Source of the DNA: Paraspadella gotoi
Lineage: Eukaryota; Animalia; Chaetognatha
Assembly: GCA_051294375.1 (NCBI GenBank)
Contig: CM119263.1
Coordinates: forward strand, 29,096,079 to 29,160,078
Direction: 5' to 3'
Length of the DNA: 64,000 nucleotides
In this document: positions 22,820 to 60,700 of the stretch, in pieces
Numbering within the stretch: position 1 is the first letter of the stretch
Layout: each line of letters opens with the position of its first letter
Program-made: the position numbers and the translations under genes
The notes under the pieces: model-generated
What the model was told of the DNA's origin: nothing
Seen by the model: only the letters and a program-made list of their open reading frames with translations
Database searches by the model: none

Positions 22820-22984
22820 CTGATCATAATTAGCTCAACTTCAAGTCAATGAAATTATTTTTGTAATCGATTTTTTTACTTACATAAAATAGTTATAATC
22901 CCTCATTTTGCCTATTTAGCTTGTTCTTTGTCACAATACGGTCCAATGGACATTGTTTGGGACAGAGGCAGGATAGGATCGTTG

Positions 22985-23020
<36 letters not shown>

Positions 23021-24002
23021 CTCTCCTCTTCTCTCTCTCTCTCTCTTTCTCTCAACATTTCTTAAAATGTGAAAAAAATGGGTTAAATCACAACTGAAAG
23101 TGCTGAGTGCTGAACGAAACACAACGAAAGAAAGGATTTAATATAATATGTATTTGTTGAAATTGTTATGTTCAAATGAGGATTAGCTTTTTTCTGAATT
23201 TGATTTTTTGTTCAAATAGGTATGTAATCATCTAAATCATCTTTCAAAATTATTTAACGTGTTTAATCGTGTAAAAGAATAATGAGAGTTATAGTGAGAG
23301 AAATAGTTTATTGAACATTATATCATTTCATTATAAGAAAGCCAAACAACCTGGGAGTAAATAAAATAAGACTATGAGAGAGTCTGGAATGAAAGCTTGC
23401 ATTGTGGATAGATGGATGCCTTAAACAACATAGTCTGTTCAAAGCTTGTTATTGATTGAATGAATGGATAATTTTTAAATTGGTTTACCAATTTTTTTGA
23501 ATTAACATAGTAAACGCAAACTTTTGAAAACATCTGTTCTGAAAACTTTCTCTTTTCATCCACTTTTGCATGTCTTCCTCAAACCTTGGTGCTTTTAACT
23601 AAGTTACTTGATGAATCCATAAACAACTGAATTTTTTAAACTAAAAACTAAATAACTTAATAATTCTGTACAAACTTAACAAAATAACTCTTCAATGACT
23701 CAATGTTTCCATCTCTTCCGCTCTAATGAATGAATTATAATCTTTTGTTTTTTGTACGTCTACGAATCAATTTCGAATATTCCCACCAGAATCTCTTGTT
23801 TTGAATGTAAACAAAAAGACAACGGATGCACTTTTATATTAATGTTATTAATATGAATTTCATTGATTTATCTTTTAAGTTGATAATGATATACTCAAAT
23901 AGTTGTATGTATGTATTTGGGTATTTACGGTAAAATCTTTTCTTGTTTGAAATAGAATACTTTATCTTTAAAAATAAGTCAGAAAATGAAATGCCGCTTA
24001 CA

Positions 24003-24049
<47 letters not shown>

Positions 24050-24910
24050 TCCCTCATCCCGACCCGCCATTAATTAAATAAAGACAAAATGAGTTTTAAA
24101 ACTGTTTTCCCCTAAAAACGAGCTTTTTATTAACGCGAAGGGACAGAGAAAAAGCCTTCAACACTTCAGCCTTTTATCTTATCCCACATCTTACTATTAG
24201 TACTTTAGTACTTTACAAAAAAATTATTTTATAAAATTAAAAGTTATTATTATTATTTTTTTTTATATTAATTTTTTTAGCCCAATGAGCTTTTTCCGGT
24301 CGCCCTAGGAGCCACATGAGGGCCACATGACTTTGCGGAGTGTGTACCCCTCTACCCGCCCCTGATTAAATGTAAACGTAGAAATGCACTACAGCGAAAT
24401 AATCATAGTCATGGAAGCTTTTTCACCGAGTTCAAAATAATGATATTTTGTTGTATACATATTTCTATATTAAACATCACAAGAAATACGATTCATAAAT
24501 AATTGATATGTCAAAAAATATATAAAAAGAGTAAATAAATATTACAGAGTTAAATATAGAGCATGCATAAATTTGACATTTTAATGAATGTGAATATTAA
24601 ACCCGAATCTGTAAAGTATCTGTAAACTTTCTTGTCTTCTCTTTAACAACTTTTTGAACTTCTCTTTCTTTTTTTTTTCTTAAAATCTCTTCGAGTCTTA
24701 CTTCTCTTCTTAAACTTTTTTCGGCGTAAAACCGTCAAGCGTGAAAAATAAATCAATAATTTTCCCGCGGAAAAAACCGTCTACAACATCGCCAACGCTG
24801 CAGTTGCTGCAGGCAAAGCCGGCGATGCAGGAACTGCAATCTCTGTAAACGCTTCAGTTCTTTGCAGGACCCCCGATGAGGTCGAAACCAACTCGTAAAT
24901 AATAAGGCTT

Positions 24911-48170
<23,260 letters not shown>

Positions 48171-48761
48171 CCTTTCCTTTCCCATTTATTTTAGAAAATA
48201 TTAAAATTATTGTAAGGAGCCGACAGGCCGGTCCGTCATCGCTATAACGCTCCCGAGAATCTCCGAGAAGCCTTCTCATTTATTATAAATTTATGTACCT
48301 TTTATACAATTGAAACATTCTTTGCTAGCGAAGACAGGTACTTGTAAGAGTGTTGGAGGCCTTAAACCTCGAAAGCCTATCTTAATTCAGGGGCAAGATA
48401 GCTTATTTACTAAATGAATGGATAATCTTATATAGATTGTCGCTATTTTATTCCAATATTCAATGATAGCAAATCTTATAAAGAGAAGTTAGTCTTTTGG
48501 TTCTTCTCAAAAAGATTCCAAAAGAGGACGCGACGTTGGCGTCCGGCATTTAAAGTAAAAGAACAATGTAACCATAAAACTCGTGAGTAAGTCTTCAAGT
48601 ACATTTCGTGCCGCAAGTTGCCTCATAATTTAACGTTATGAAATTATAAATGTTTTAAAACTGTTTTTGACAAACTTAATTAGTTCGCCAACGTAACATG
48701 GCTCCGGTTCTTTGACTGGCTTACCTGCATATTCCGATATTAACTTAATTCCTTCCCAAAA

Positions 48762-51700
48762 ATGGCCGAGAACGGAACCGCCGGCGTTAATGAAGCTTCT
48801 GAAAATTTGAAGAACGCTTCTATTGCCAACGACTTTTCTAACAAAACTGTCGCAGAAGAGGCCGAGGAATTAAAGAAAAAAGCCAATGAGTTCTTCCAAG
48901 CTCAGGATTATGAAAAAGCTATCGAATTTTACTCGACTGCAATCGAAAAAAACGATACAGTCGCCGCCTTTTATGGGAACCGAAGCATATCGTATTTAAG
49001 AACCGAGTGTTTCGGATATGCGCTCAATGATGCGAACAAAGCCTTGGAATTGGATAAAACCTACCTCAAAGGTAACACCGCCTGTCAGTTCTTCACGGTT
49101 TTAAATGTTTATTTGTACAATTCCCGTTAATTATTTAAATTCAAGGCTACTACAGACGCGCGGCGGCAAACATGGCTCTCGGTAAATTCAAAAACGCCCT
49201 TCGCGATTTCGAAATCGTCGCGAAAGCTAAACCTAAAGACAAAGACGCCAAGGCGAAATACGAGGAATGTCAGAAGGTACATTGGTATAATTAGGTACAT
49301 TAGCATCATGAATCGACGTCATTCCTTTCCACCTTCTCCCAGATTACCCGCCGCCTGGCCTTCGAAAAGGCGATCGCGGTGGATGACAACAAAAAGCGCC
49401 TCCTCTCGTCGGACGTCGATTCCATCGCCGTCGACGCCTCCTACTCCGGCCCCCACCTCCGCGACGGCGTCGTGGACGTCGATTTCGTCCACGCCCTCCT
49501 AGAGCACTTCAAGGGGCAAAAGGTGCTCCACCGGAAGTACGCCTATCAGATCCTGCTGCAGATCCAGGCCTTCTTCGAGCGCCAAGCGACTCTGGTGGAC
49601 GCGACGGTGCAGGCCGGGGAGCGCTTCACCGTCTGCGGCGACATCCACGGTCAGTTCTTCGACCTGATGAACATTTTCGAGCTCAACGGACTCCCGTCCG
49701 CCGAGAACCCTTACCTCTTCAACGGAGACTTCGTCGATCGCGGGTCTTTCTCCGTCGAGGTCATCCTTACTCTATTCAGTTTTAAGCTCCTCTACCCGGA
49801 CAAGTTTTTCATGTCGAGAGGTAACGAAATTGGTACAAACAATATAAAAAATATTCATTGTGTATTAGAGTGGAGCACTGGGGAACATAAATTTTATTTG
49901 AGTGAACAAACAAGGATATTTGGACGTGAGATAGTATGATTAAGGAGTACAAAAAATATTTTGCTTATATTGTTTGGAGAACGGTATCATTAATTACAAT
50001 ATATTTATAGTAATATCCTTATAAAATCATAAATTTTCAAAATAATTTTTTAAAAAATTTTTATTAAAGATTCTTTTTCTTCATAAAAAGTTAGATCAAA
50101 AATATAAAATATGTTATTAAAAATTGTAATGTTTTCAGCGTCAAAAATAAAAAAAAAGGTTAAATTCTCTATTTTTTTATGCTTTGTAGTAAAAACAATT
50201 TTAAGTTTTGGTCATTTTTCGTAGCTTTAACCTAAAAATATCATGTAACATATATTTTTTTAGTTTTTTCCGGCAAATCCGAAACTGTTCTTAAAATTAA
50301 AAAAATATGATTTTGAAATTTTATGATTTTATAAAAATATTATTATAAAAAAAATTCAATTAATGATACGGTTATGCAAATTTTTTTTAAAAAAGGGCTT
50401 AATTATTTTTTTATTACATATACAAAGGCAGCAAAAAACATTGTTCCATCGCTCAATCTTTTCATCACTCCACCCTAGTGTGTATTTTAATTGTTTATTA
50501 TCCTATTGAAAAAAACTGATTTAATTTTCGTCCAAAATCAAAAGGGAACCACGAAAGTTCGACGATGAACCAGATGTACGGATTCGAGGGCGAGGTCAAG
50601 TCAAAGTACAATAGCGACATGGCGGATCTCTTCACCGAGGTCTACAATTGTTTGCCGCTTTGCCACTGCCTCAACCGCAAAGTCTTGGTCATGCACGGAG
50701 GTCTTTTCAGCAAAGACGACGTCACTTTGGAGGACATAGTCAAGACCGACAGATTTAGGCAGCCGCCGGAAGAAGGTTAAATTGCAGCTAGGGGAGGGGC
50801 TGGGTTGTTTGGTTTGAATTTTCAAGAGGATATTCGTTCTCCCTTCAGGCATTATGTGCGACCTGCTGTGGTCTGATCCGCAGCCGCAGCGAGGCCGCGC
50901 CCCGTCCAAGCGTGGCGTCGGAATTCAGTTCGGACCCGACGTCACCGAAGCCTTCCTAAAGAAGAACAAGCTCGAATACATTATTCGCTCTCACGAGGTT
51001 CGTTCAACCGTCGCCGTCGGGGGTTCGGCTAACGAATTTTGTCTCTCGGCTTGAATTTAATTAAACGCCGACGAACTTTTTTACTTATACATGTTCCAGG
51101 TCAAACCTGAGGGATACGAGATCGCCCACGGGGGAAAGTGCATAACCGTCTTTTCCGCGCCCAATTATTGCGACACGATGGTACGAGACAAAAAAAAATT
51201 ACCGAACTTTAAACGATTTAACCTTTATCGTTAAGCTTTCTAATTTACTTAAATATTTCGTACGTACGTATTACCCAAACTACATACTTCTGCAGAAAAT
51301 GTCAATTTTCTAGCTGGCGATTCGGTACGTTTTCGTTTCGCCCATAACGAAATGCTTTAACACGAGTCGCCGTAGGAATTATGAAGAAGAAAGTCGAATA
51401 TTTTAAACGCTTATTTCACGTAAAAAGTCCTACGAAACCCGTAAAACGGTGTTTCTCTGGGCCAAACAAATTCAATGAGTTTACATCTCATATTAAATCA
51501 CGGAAATCGAGGCAGGAGACGAAGCGCGCGAAAATATTGGCCGAGACTAAAACTGGTCAAAAAATAAAATTGGCGATACGTCTTTAAACGAGGTGAAACA
51601 TATTTAACAACTTCCGTCTTTTGCCCTTCAGGGTAACAAGGGAGCTTTCATCAACTTCGAACCCGATCTGTCGCAAACTGGCCTCAACAAACTGATTCCT

Positions 51701-51787
51701 AAATACACTACCTACGATTGCGTGCCGCACCCCAATGTGAAGCCAATGGCCTACGCGAACTCGTTGCTTTCCCAATTTATGCTTTAA
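48762..51787 (+). CDS. PPP5C: Serine/threonine protein phosphatase 5 (TPR + PPP catalytic domain); exons 48762-49071, 49146-49276, 49343-49820, 50545-50775, 50849-50997, 51100-51180, 51632-51787
   Basis: TPR repeats ([12 protein letters not shown]...YGNRS...YLKGYYRRA); GDIHGQ, GDFVDRG, RGNHE, HGG, IIRSHE and SAPNYC motifs; C-terminal [12 protein letters not shown]. All introns are GT-AG and in phase. Confidence 0.97.
49866..50476. mobile_element. AT-rich MITE/foldback element in PP5 intron 3
   Basis: Termini tagagtggag.../...ctccaccctag and an inner ~70-bp inverted repeat (cggtatcattaatt...aaatcataaattttcaaaat vs attttgaaattttatgattt...aattaatgatacgg). A related right end lies at ~60355-60452. 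Confidence 0.7.
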
Positions 51788-52521
51788 AGACGATTACGCT
51801 GTTTTCCTACGGTTATTAATAAACTTAACTTATCTCGATTAGCCTCTCTCTCTCCAGTCACAAAACGATGTATTCTTCTCATTCACACGTGGTCGTCGTT
51901 ATAGGTTCCAAAATCCTTGAGTTTTATTTGTTGTTTCTCAGCTCGACGCTCGAGAATTATTGAAAAATAGAAAACCAATTTCTAGATTGTTATCGTTTTT
52001 CCTCTCCCGTAGTTCCCTCCCCCACTAATGGCTAGCTAAGTACGTACACGTGAACTGATTACCTCCAAGTTTTAACTTGTCACTTTCTAAATGAGTCGAT
52101 TGAAATCGTATTATCAACATTTAATATTTTAAAAAATATTGCTACGTACTTTTCAAAGAAAGTCGGGATACATTAAAATAATGTGCACAAACGACGATAG
52201 ATTTTTCTATGCACCTACGATCAACATGAAATCACGAGTCCATATAAATTAAGATCAGGATACAATTTGAGGCAGTATATCTACAATCACCAGCAAAAAA
52301 AATTTAAGAAAAGATCATCGTTTTTTGAAGAAGATGCAATTCCAAGACACTTTACGACAATTGTGCCAAAAACCAAGTAAATAATTTAAAAAAAGTATAA
52401 ATCACGTTGCCTTGGTTTTTAATTGCCACCGCAATGCTGGATTTGCATAGTTCTTTTTAAGATTTGTTATTAACAATATCTGAGACTAGATAGAACGATC
52501 AGCCGCCGCCCCACAATTTAA

Positions 52522-55500
52522 TCACTCGCTCTTTGCATCTCCTTCGCCCGGAACGTCGACCTGAAAGGAGACGCTTCTGCCAAAGGCGCCGCCCTCTTCC
52601 GTTTTGACGTCAAAATCGACGGAAGCGCAACTCGCCGACGGGCTTTTCGAAGAGGCTCTGGAGACGGCGCCGGGCGAAGAGGGCGTCAAACGCGTCCTCG
52701 GGATCGGGCGCGAGGCGGTCACGGGCCGACATTCCACCATTTCCACCACCATGTCTGTGAATTTGGATAGCGGAAAATTGAAATTCGGGGTAGAGAGGAA
52801 AGCAAATAGGTGTGGATAAGGCGCTACGTGGGCTAAAGATTACTGTCCGTAACTTCTATAACCCCCTCTAGCAGCCATGGAACGGGTCCCTGGGCTTGGA
52901 ACCAGGCTTGAGGGTTTGCCATGCCCCCAAGGCGGCTTACGGCCGTCCTCACGCTTCCCGCAGGGTAGGTACCAGGTTGGGATTGAACCCGGTACCTAGT
53001 GGTCATGAGCTGATGGCTTTACTCAATGAGCCACCGGGTCACAACTGAAAGTGTCATGATTCTAGGCGGGGTGAACCTAGGCAATGCCCGACTACATAGG
53101 TGTGCTATTCTAAAACAAATACATACTGTACTGTATTTTTATTTCCAACCTTCTCTCCTTTCCGTCGTCCACTCTCTCGTCGCGTCGCCGCCGCCGCCGG
53201 CAGCTGCCGACTCTTCGACCGCTGCCCCTGCCGCGGCAGGAGCGACGGCATCTTTGGAAGAGAGGGAAGCATCGTCTGCCGCCGCGAAAAAGGCCCCGTC
53301 GTTTCCGGAGGCGCGCGTCCCCGGGCGAGGGGACGCTGCCATCGCGCCATGACCGCCACCATAGACGGCATCCTCCGACGCGAGGGTGGAAACGTTTCGT
53401 CGGGCGAGAAGGGCCTCATCGGGGAGGCCCTCGTTGACTCCGCGAGGCTCGTCGGGTGCCAGGCCGCTGCCCAGGCTTCCTCGCCGGCTGTTGTTGTTGC
53501 TGAAGGAGGTGATGCTCCCGTTGCCGAATCGGTAGGAAGATATCGAGGGGTTGGTCAGGATATCGGCCTGGACCTCCATCTGACCCGGTTGTGGGGTCCC
53601 GAGCCCGCTGTCCCTATCCCGCTCGTTTCGACTCAGGATGCTCCCAGCGAGGGCGCGAGTAGAAGCCGCTTCGCCGTCCGACTGAAAAAAGGATATAAAA
53701 ATTTTAAAAGGATCGTCGCAAACGCATAGCAAAAATTTGGACCCATGACAAACTTTGCGACTCCAAAAATCAAATTTGATAAAAGTTTCATATATATTAT
53801 ATAACAAACTTAGCTAAGCTTATTTTATTTTTTTTTAGATATTAAACTAAGTATAAAAACAAAATAAATATCCAATGACAGATGGACAAACAGATACAAA
53901 ATTCGAGATGGAAATCGAAAGAAAAACAAGAGTTGAAGAGAAAACGAAAAAAAAGATACAAAATTTAAAAAAATAGAGAGAGAGAGACCCATGCAGCTCA
54001 ACAACTGCAAAGCTAGTTTTTGGACGAATCAGACCCAGATTCAAGGAGCAAACGGAAACAAGCTTCGTTTCGACATGGCCATTAATATTGACCCCCCGTG
54101 AAGACTTTTTTTATTAAAACGGACAACATTTATTATTTGGTAATTTGATTTTTAGCTTCAGCAGAAAACGAGGACAACACCTGGAAGGAAACCGTCGCTG
54201 ACTTGGAGTCGCAGGCGAAATTGAAGGAAGTCGATCCGGCCGACGAAGAAACGCTTCAAGACAGAAAACTTGGTCACAGTTCGATTTCCTCCACTTGAAG
54301 AAATGAAAATATAATACCTGGCTCGCTTCCCACCGCTTCCGACGCCGCCCATAGCGCCCCCCGTAGCGCCTTTGAGACTGGCGCCGGCCAAGGTAGCGGT
54401 GCTCGCTCCACCCGCGGCGCCGGACACCGCGGAAACGTCAGCAAGAACCTCGAGTCTGAAATGAACATTATATATAAAATATGTACTACTAATAATAATA
54501 ATAGATAAGTGATAATAAGTTTAGCCTTCACCTGTTTCCCTGATATGCGCCGCCCGATTGCCCGGCCGACGCCGCCGCCGGAACCGACGAAGCGCTCATC
54601 GTGTCGGCCAGAATGGAGTCGGCGTAGGAGGCTGAGTCGCCGAGTGCGGAGAGGCCGACGAAGGAAGCGCCAGCGGCGCCGCCTGAACGCGTCGTCATGG
54701 CCGAGAGAACGCCAGTCGTGGAGGCGCTCTCTCCGACATGCGCTTCGCCGTGGCGGGAGGCGCCGCCGCCAACCCCATGGGAGAGAAGATGAAGATGAGC
54801 GTGATCACCGCCAACGCGCGACGTCGCAGCCTCACCCACCGAAGACCCGCCCAAAAGAAGGCCGGCGACTTGGCTGTCGTCGTCCCCTTGATTCCCCGGC
54901 AGCAGCACCGCCGAGTCGTCGCCGATGCTGGGGTTGCCTATTGTGCCCACGTGGCTCACGTCCGCGCTTTGGTTGTCTTGTGATAGAAACAGGCAATTTA
55001 AGTCAAGCTGCTTGGTAATCAATCAATCAATCAACCAATAAGTCCAATAAATTCCCCTCTAAACCTGGAATCGGCGGGGCGGTGTTGGCGTTGAGCGAGT
55101 CGTCCCTTTCGACGTCGTCGTCGAAGTCGAATCTAACGCCGCCGGACGACGACGTGGAGACGCCGCAGCCGCCGGCGCGGCAGAGCGAGATCGGGACGAC
55201 GCCGTAAACGTAAGCTGAGATAGAGAGAGTGGGGGGAAAAAAACAACGGTGAACTTTCGCCCATAGGCCTTGAAACGGCTTCAAATAAAAAGAGGTCGGC
55301 ACCCAAAAGAATCGGGACTCCGACTCCGACGGCGACGGCGGCGAGAACAGGCGAAACCAAAACCGAAGCGGAGACGCTGCCGAAGATGTGGAGGTTGCGT
55401 TTGTAGCGGGGAAGGTTTTCGTAACGGGCGTAGATCTGGCGGGAGAAAAGGGGGAAGGAAAGGTAAGGAATGAGAAAGGAAAGAAAAATTATGAGAATGT

Positions 55501-57032
55501 CATGTATACATGTGGATAAGGCGTAAAGTGGGGGTGAAGACTACTATTGTCCGTAACTTCTGTGCCACCTCACTTGGGCTTGGAACCAGGCTTGAGGGTT
55601 TTCCACGCCCTCAAAGCGGTTTACGGCAGGGTAGTTACTGGGTTGGGATTGAACCTGGTACCTAGTGGTCATGAGCCACCGGGTCACAACTGAAGGTGTC
55701 AGGCGGGGGTGAACTTAGGCAATGCCCGACTACATACATGCCTTTTTCTCTCGTTCTTACCTTCCTGCCGACCCAGACGGGAACTCCTATCACGATGGCG
55801 GGAACGGCGATTCCTGCGACCAAACCGATGCCGACCGGAGCGCCGACCAACGTGCCCAACTGCCAAAGGATCTTCTTCTTCCTACTCCAAGGCTTTTTGC
55901 CCCAAAACGTGCATCCGGAAGGACTGATTGCGGAAAAAAAAAAGGCCCTCGTTTATTTGTTTTGATTTGATAAAATAACATTTAGATTAATACATTTTTA
56001 AAGTAGATTTTCCTACATTTGTCTAAATTATCCATTGTGGCAGCATCAACCCGCGACCTCATCAGAACATCTCTCAATCACTGACCGATCACCGGTTGCC
56101 ACCACTCTCTACCGAGTGGAGATCCTGATTATTATTATTAGTAAGAAAGAAAATAAAATCGCCGGTCGAATTCTTTAAATATTCCAATGACCGCTAACAA
56201 ATTGTTCAAACGCCGGTCGCAAAACGTTACCTTATTTGAAAGTATTTTTAGAATTATTTACTTTACAAATGTAAACCAATTTTTTTCTCTCTCGCCATAT
56301 AAAAATGAATGCCACTTTGTACAATTAGCCAATTCGATTCCATTCACTTTTCTGGTGTAAATAAATCGATTCATCTCATTTTGTTCGCCATTTTTATCTC
56401 GACCACCTTCACTCCCGGCTGTCCACAGCCGGTCTCTCTGTACAGTTTATTGTTTATTGTTTTAGACTTAGCATTGTTTGGAGTTGATTTCTGTTTTATT
56501 CGTTGATGCTGCAACACCATTTCATTTTCCTTTTTTTTTTCCTTTTTTGCTTATGAAACTTAATTTTGTCCCTTGTCCCCTCAACCTTTTATCAGTTAAT
56601 GATAAACAAAGTTGCAACAATGTCTAGAAATAAAAACACTTTAAAACTGCATTAAGATTTAAATAAAAAACGAATATATACATTCGCATATACAATATCT
56701 TTCTGCGATAATCGGTTTATTTCCTATTCGTCGCATTCATCCTGAATATGAATAAGAAACCCGAGAACCCAAGAGGAAAAAGGGGATGAATAAATTAAAG
56801 CTAGTTTGACCCGGATTCCGTCAAGAGGATCCAAACCTCTCCGACCGAGGCCCTCCCTCTCTCCCCGGCCTTTCTTCGCTCAAATCTGACCTCAAGTAGT
56901 GCAGGTCGGAGATTTCCCGCATGCAGAGCCAACAAAACTCGGCACCGCAGACGGCGCAAGTGATGTGGTTGCAAGACCCGTCTTCCATCTTGATGATCGA
57001 TGCGCCGCAACGTGGGCATTGCTTGATGTCGT
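52522..57032 (-). CDS. RNF19: RBR E3 ubiquitin ligase RNF19 (dorfin-like), 3' part; RING1/IBR exons not in window
   Basis: RING2 [47 protein letters not shown] (57032-56891); [33 protein letters not shown] (55923-55761); [20 protein letters not shown] and [13 protein letters not shown]; low-complexity tail with MEVQAD; stop at 52522-52524. Confidence 0.93.
52810..53100 (-). mobile_element. tRNA-derived SINE-like element, second copy at 55510-55736
   Basis: Two similar copies in RNF19 introns. The minus strand reads gacccggtggctcattgagtaaagc...ccgggttcaatcccaacc, giving A-box- and B-box-like motifs. Confidence 0.7.
55510..55736 (-). mobile_element. tRNA-derived SINE-like element, internally deleted copy
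   Basis: Shares tgtggataaggcg...gggcttggaaccaggcttgagggttt...gggattgaacc...aggcaatgcccgactacata with 52810-53100. Confidence 0.7.
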
Positions 57033-57728
57033 CTGAAAGAGAAAGAGAGAGTGATCTACTTGAAACCGGGGAACATGAAACTTTCAGTGTTATAATTAGA
57101 ATTATATTTTCGTTAGAAAAAAATATATCACATTAATTTACTGGCGATAGATCATTAAAATAAAAAAAGAAAATAAATAGGACTCGCATTGAAGGGATAA
57201 TTCTCTTAAATAGAGGGATTATAATATAAAAAGAATGCTTCAGAATGATAAATGAAGGGGTCCTTTTTTCTCAGCGAACTCAATGAGATTAAAGTTTTAT
57301 TATAACTTACTATTTAAATGATTTCAAAACTGCTCCGTTCCGATAATTTACCATTTACAACTTTTACTATTTAAACGATTTCAAATTAGCTCTTTTCCTT
57401 AAAATCGATGACTTTTTAACATGAAAGCAACTATAGAGTAAAACAATTTTTACAAGTACAGACTGACCATGTGCCATTCTTAAAACTACAAAGTTAAAAC
57501 AAAATGGATTATACCATATCTAATGATTATGAAATAATTTTTTACGGAGAACAAACTATTACAAAGAATGGCACCCTCTGACAGGAGGGCCAGAAAGAGG
57601 AGGAAGAGCGGCGAGGAGAAATCGTGATTCGTCACGGGGATTTTGGTGAAAGGAAAAGGAAAATGAGACGCCGACGCCGGGATATCTTTTTTCTTTCGCT
57701 TCATTTCACCTTTCACTAGGATCTCAGA

Positions 57729-60700
57729 ATGACTTGGTTCTCAACATGTTACTCTATATCTCGGCTTCTGATATATCTTTTTATTCACATCATTTTCGTT
57801 GCGTACGGAGTCAACTCTCAGGTGGGCAAACTGCGATTAATTTATACTGTAGGCAGCAAAGGAACAGTAATCAATTTAGTCTTTAGGTCTGTTCATAATA
57901 TAATATAAAATAATATTGTAACATAAAAAACAAGTCATATAAATTAGTTTCTTATTACTATATATCTGTGATGTAAAAAAATTATTTATATATTTTTAAT
58001 TAATCGACAATAGTAAAGAAACGGCAACAGAGTAAAAATGATTATTTTCAATTTATTTTTACTCTGTCGCTGTTTCTCTTTCACTGATGATGTCCAAAAA
58101 AATATATGAAGAAATATAGACCAAAATTGTTTTTGATTCTGGAACCGTTATTTTATTATGAAAACTATTTCATATTTCAATTTTATTATATTAAAAAACA
58201 AAAAAACTTCTTGGAAAAAAATTAAAAATTTACAGGCCACTTGCACGATAGACACATGTAAAAATGGCGGAACCTGCGTGCTGTACAATGGAAACATAGT
58301 TTGTGAATGCCCTCCGGGATATGGAGGATCTGATTGTTCTGCTGTATCATGCGCTCAAAGGTTTGTTCTCAAGTAAAAAGCTTTCTTTTGCCAAGAACAA
58401 ATTACAAGTTAAAGCTCGTATTATCGCTTTCATTCATAGCCCCTGTCAAAATGAAGGACAATGCATTGAACGTTGTACCATGGTCAATGGCGTTGAAAAA
58501 TGTACAGTCAAATGTTCGTGTCAACAAGGTTTCAGCGGAGACCATTGCCAATATCAATTCTGTGGCACCACTAATGTTGTTGTTGGCGGTCTGGCAATTG
58601 GATCCTCGAAATTTGATGATGATCATGGATTTCAAAAAGCTTTTGAAGGTAGCATATTGTTTAATAAAAATTATATGAAAATCTTAATAGAACAAATAAT
58701 AAAATCAAAATAATATACAATATACATAGGCTATTCAAAATAATTTGGCCTTCTTTACGATCTTTGCTTAAGAGTTTGACCTCGAGAAACAGTGTGTAAT
58801 AAAGCGTAATAAAAATAATAAACTTATCTTCAATTAAAATTCTAAAAGTGAACAATGAACAACATTTTACTAATAAACATTGTAAAAATTTTTTTTTAAT
58901 TTTGAAATTTAAGTGCTAGGCAATATATTTATACATAGTACTAACTTTAAAATATTAAAATTTTGTTTGCAGTTTTTTAAAATTGACTTTGTAGTTAACT
59001 AAATGCTGATAAAGATTTCGAAATTGAAAGAGACGAAACATGTCTGATTTTTATTGTAAAAAATAAAAACTGTTGTTGCTAAAACAAAATTTTCGTTTCT
59101 CTCCTATTAATATCAAATTTGATTCAGGTCCTAATAACATGTGGCATAGTAACGTTGCACAGGGAGATTCTACAGCCAAAATGCCTCAATGGGTAGGATA
59201 CGATTTTGGAACCAGTGGACGTCGCCCACGCGTGTGCCAATTTACCTTTAGAACAAGACTCGATAATTCTTTAGGAAACGTTCCAAGAGACGGACCAACT
59301 GCATACCGATTTCAAGGTAAGTAATATAAATAGCCATGACCTTATAAGGATATTACAACAGAGAAAATACCATCTTGGAAAATGAATAAGTCGCCAATTG
59401 TAAAAAGTTAGTTAATTGTATATTAAAATTTAAATATAACAGAAAAAATGGGTATCAATATGTAGTGTGAACTCCCTTGCTCTTCACAACTTCATTTATT
59501 CTGTTCGGCATTGACTATAGAGCGACTGCAGGTATTCCAAGGAGAGGTTATCCCAAACTTTTTTGATAAGTCGTTTCATGGCTTGCAGAGATGTTGGACG
59601 TTCGTTTCTCAGTCGATTTTCCATCTCTGACCACACATTTTTGATCGGATTGAGATCCGGAGAGTTCCCAGGCCAGTCAGGTAGAAGTTTAACCCCATTT
59701 TGGCGATGCCACTCTTTTGTCTCCTTGGCTCGATGCGGAGGGGCGTTATCTTCCATAAAAAACTCCACTCGACGAATTCCTTTATCTTCGCTTCCTCCAT
59801 AATTTCTGTATTTGGCGCCATCAACGCGTCCCGAAATGAAGATTAACTTTGACTTGGCACGGGAAGAGATTGCACCGAACACCATGACCTTCGTTGCTGC
59901 TTAACCATCAGCAATATGCAATTAGGATGCAATGCTTCGCCGACGCGCTGCACACTTCAAAGATTCACTCTTAGCTGCTTAGATATGGAAGTATTCTTGA
60001 TACTCGCTTTGTGCAATTATAGATGTACGTTGATCACTTGTAAAATGCCAACGTTGAGGCATAATAAAAAAATACAGTTTAAAATAAAAAAAAATGAAGG
60101 AAAAAAATTATTAAAATCTGAAATACGCCAAAGAAAACAAATTTTTTTCGATCTCCTTCTTTTCTTTCCTCTGCCCTGACGGTAATTTTAATTATAATCT
60201 AACATAAACCGGCTCCATTTGATCGAAAATCGCCAAGCTTTCTGGAAATATAATTTTTTGCTTTCGATTATGTTAGGAAGGTGTTTAAAAATGATCGAAA
60301 AGTTTGGCGACTTATTTATTTTCCAAGATGGTACAAATTATACTACTGTTATACTAAAAAAAATTTTTAAGGGCCTAAAATTTGTTAATTACATATACAA
60401 AAACAGCAAAAAACATTGTTCAATTGCTTAATAATTTCAAATTCTACCCTATTGTCCAAAGTCAGAGAAAAAATAGCTTGTTTATTGAATGACTGAATAA
60501 TTTTGGTTGTACCAATTTCATATTACCAATAAAGCATAGTTATGCGTAAACCAGTAAATGTTCAAATTGTAAATAGGTTATTTTAGGTAAATTCTATCCA
60601 AACTTTTTTTAGGAACAAACAATGAAAATTTTCTAGTTTGGGAAGATTTGTACACGATGAACAACGGACCGATGTGGCAAGTTGGTGAAATTCGAACTAA

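Noticed and set aside
52975-53040. tRNA gene (weaker tRNA-like bits also near 12160, 17420 and 27110)
   Set aside because: A/B-box-like motifs are present but there is no complete cloverleaf, and the sequence sits in a repeated element, so it is treated as SINE-derived.
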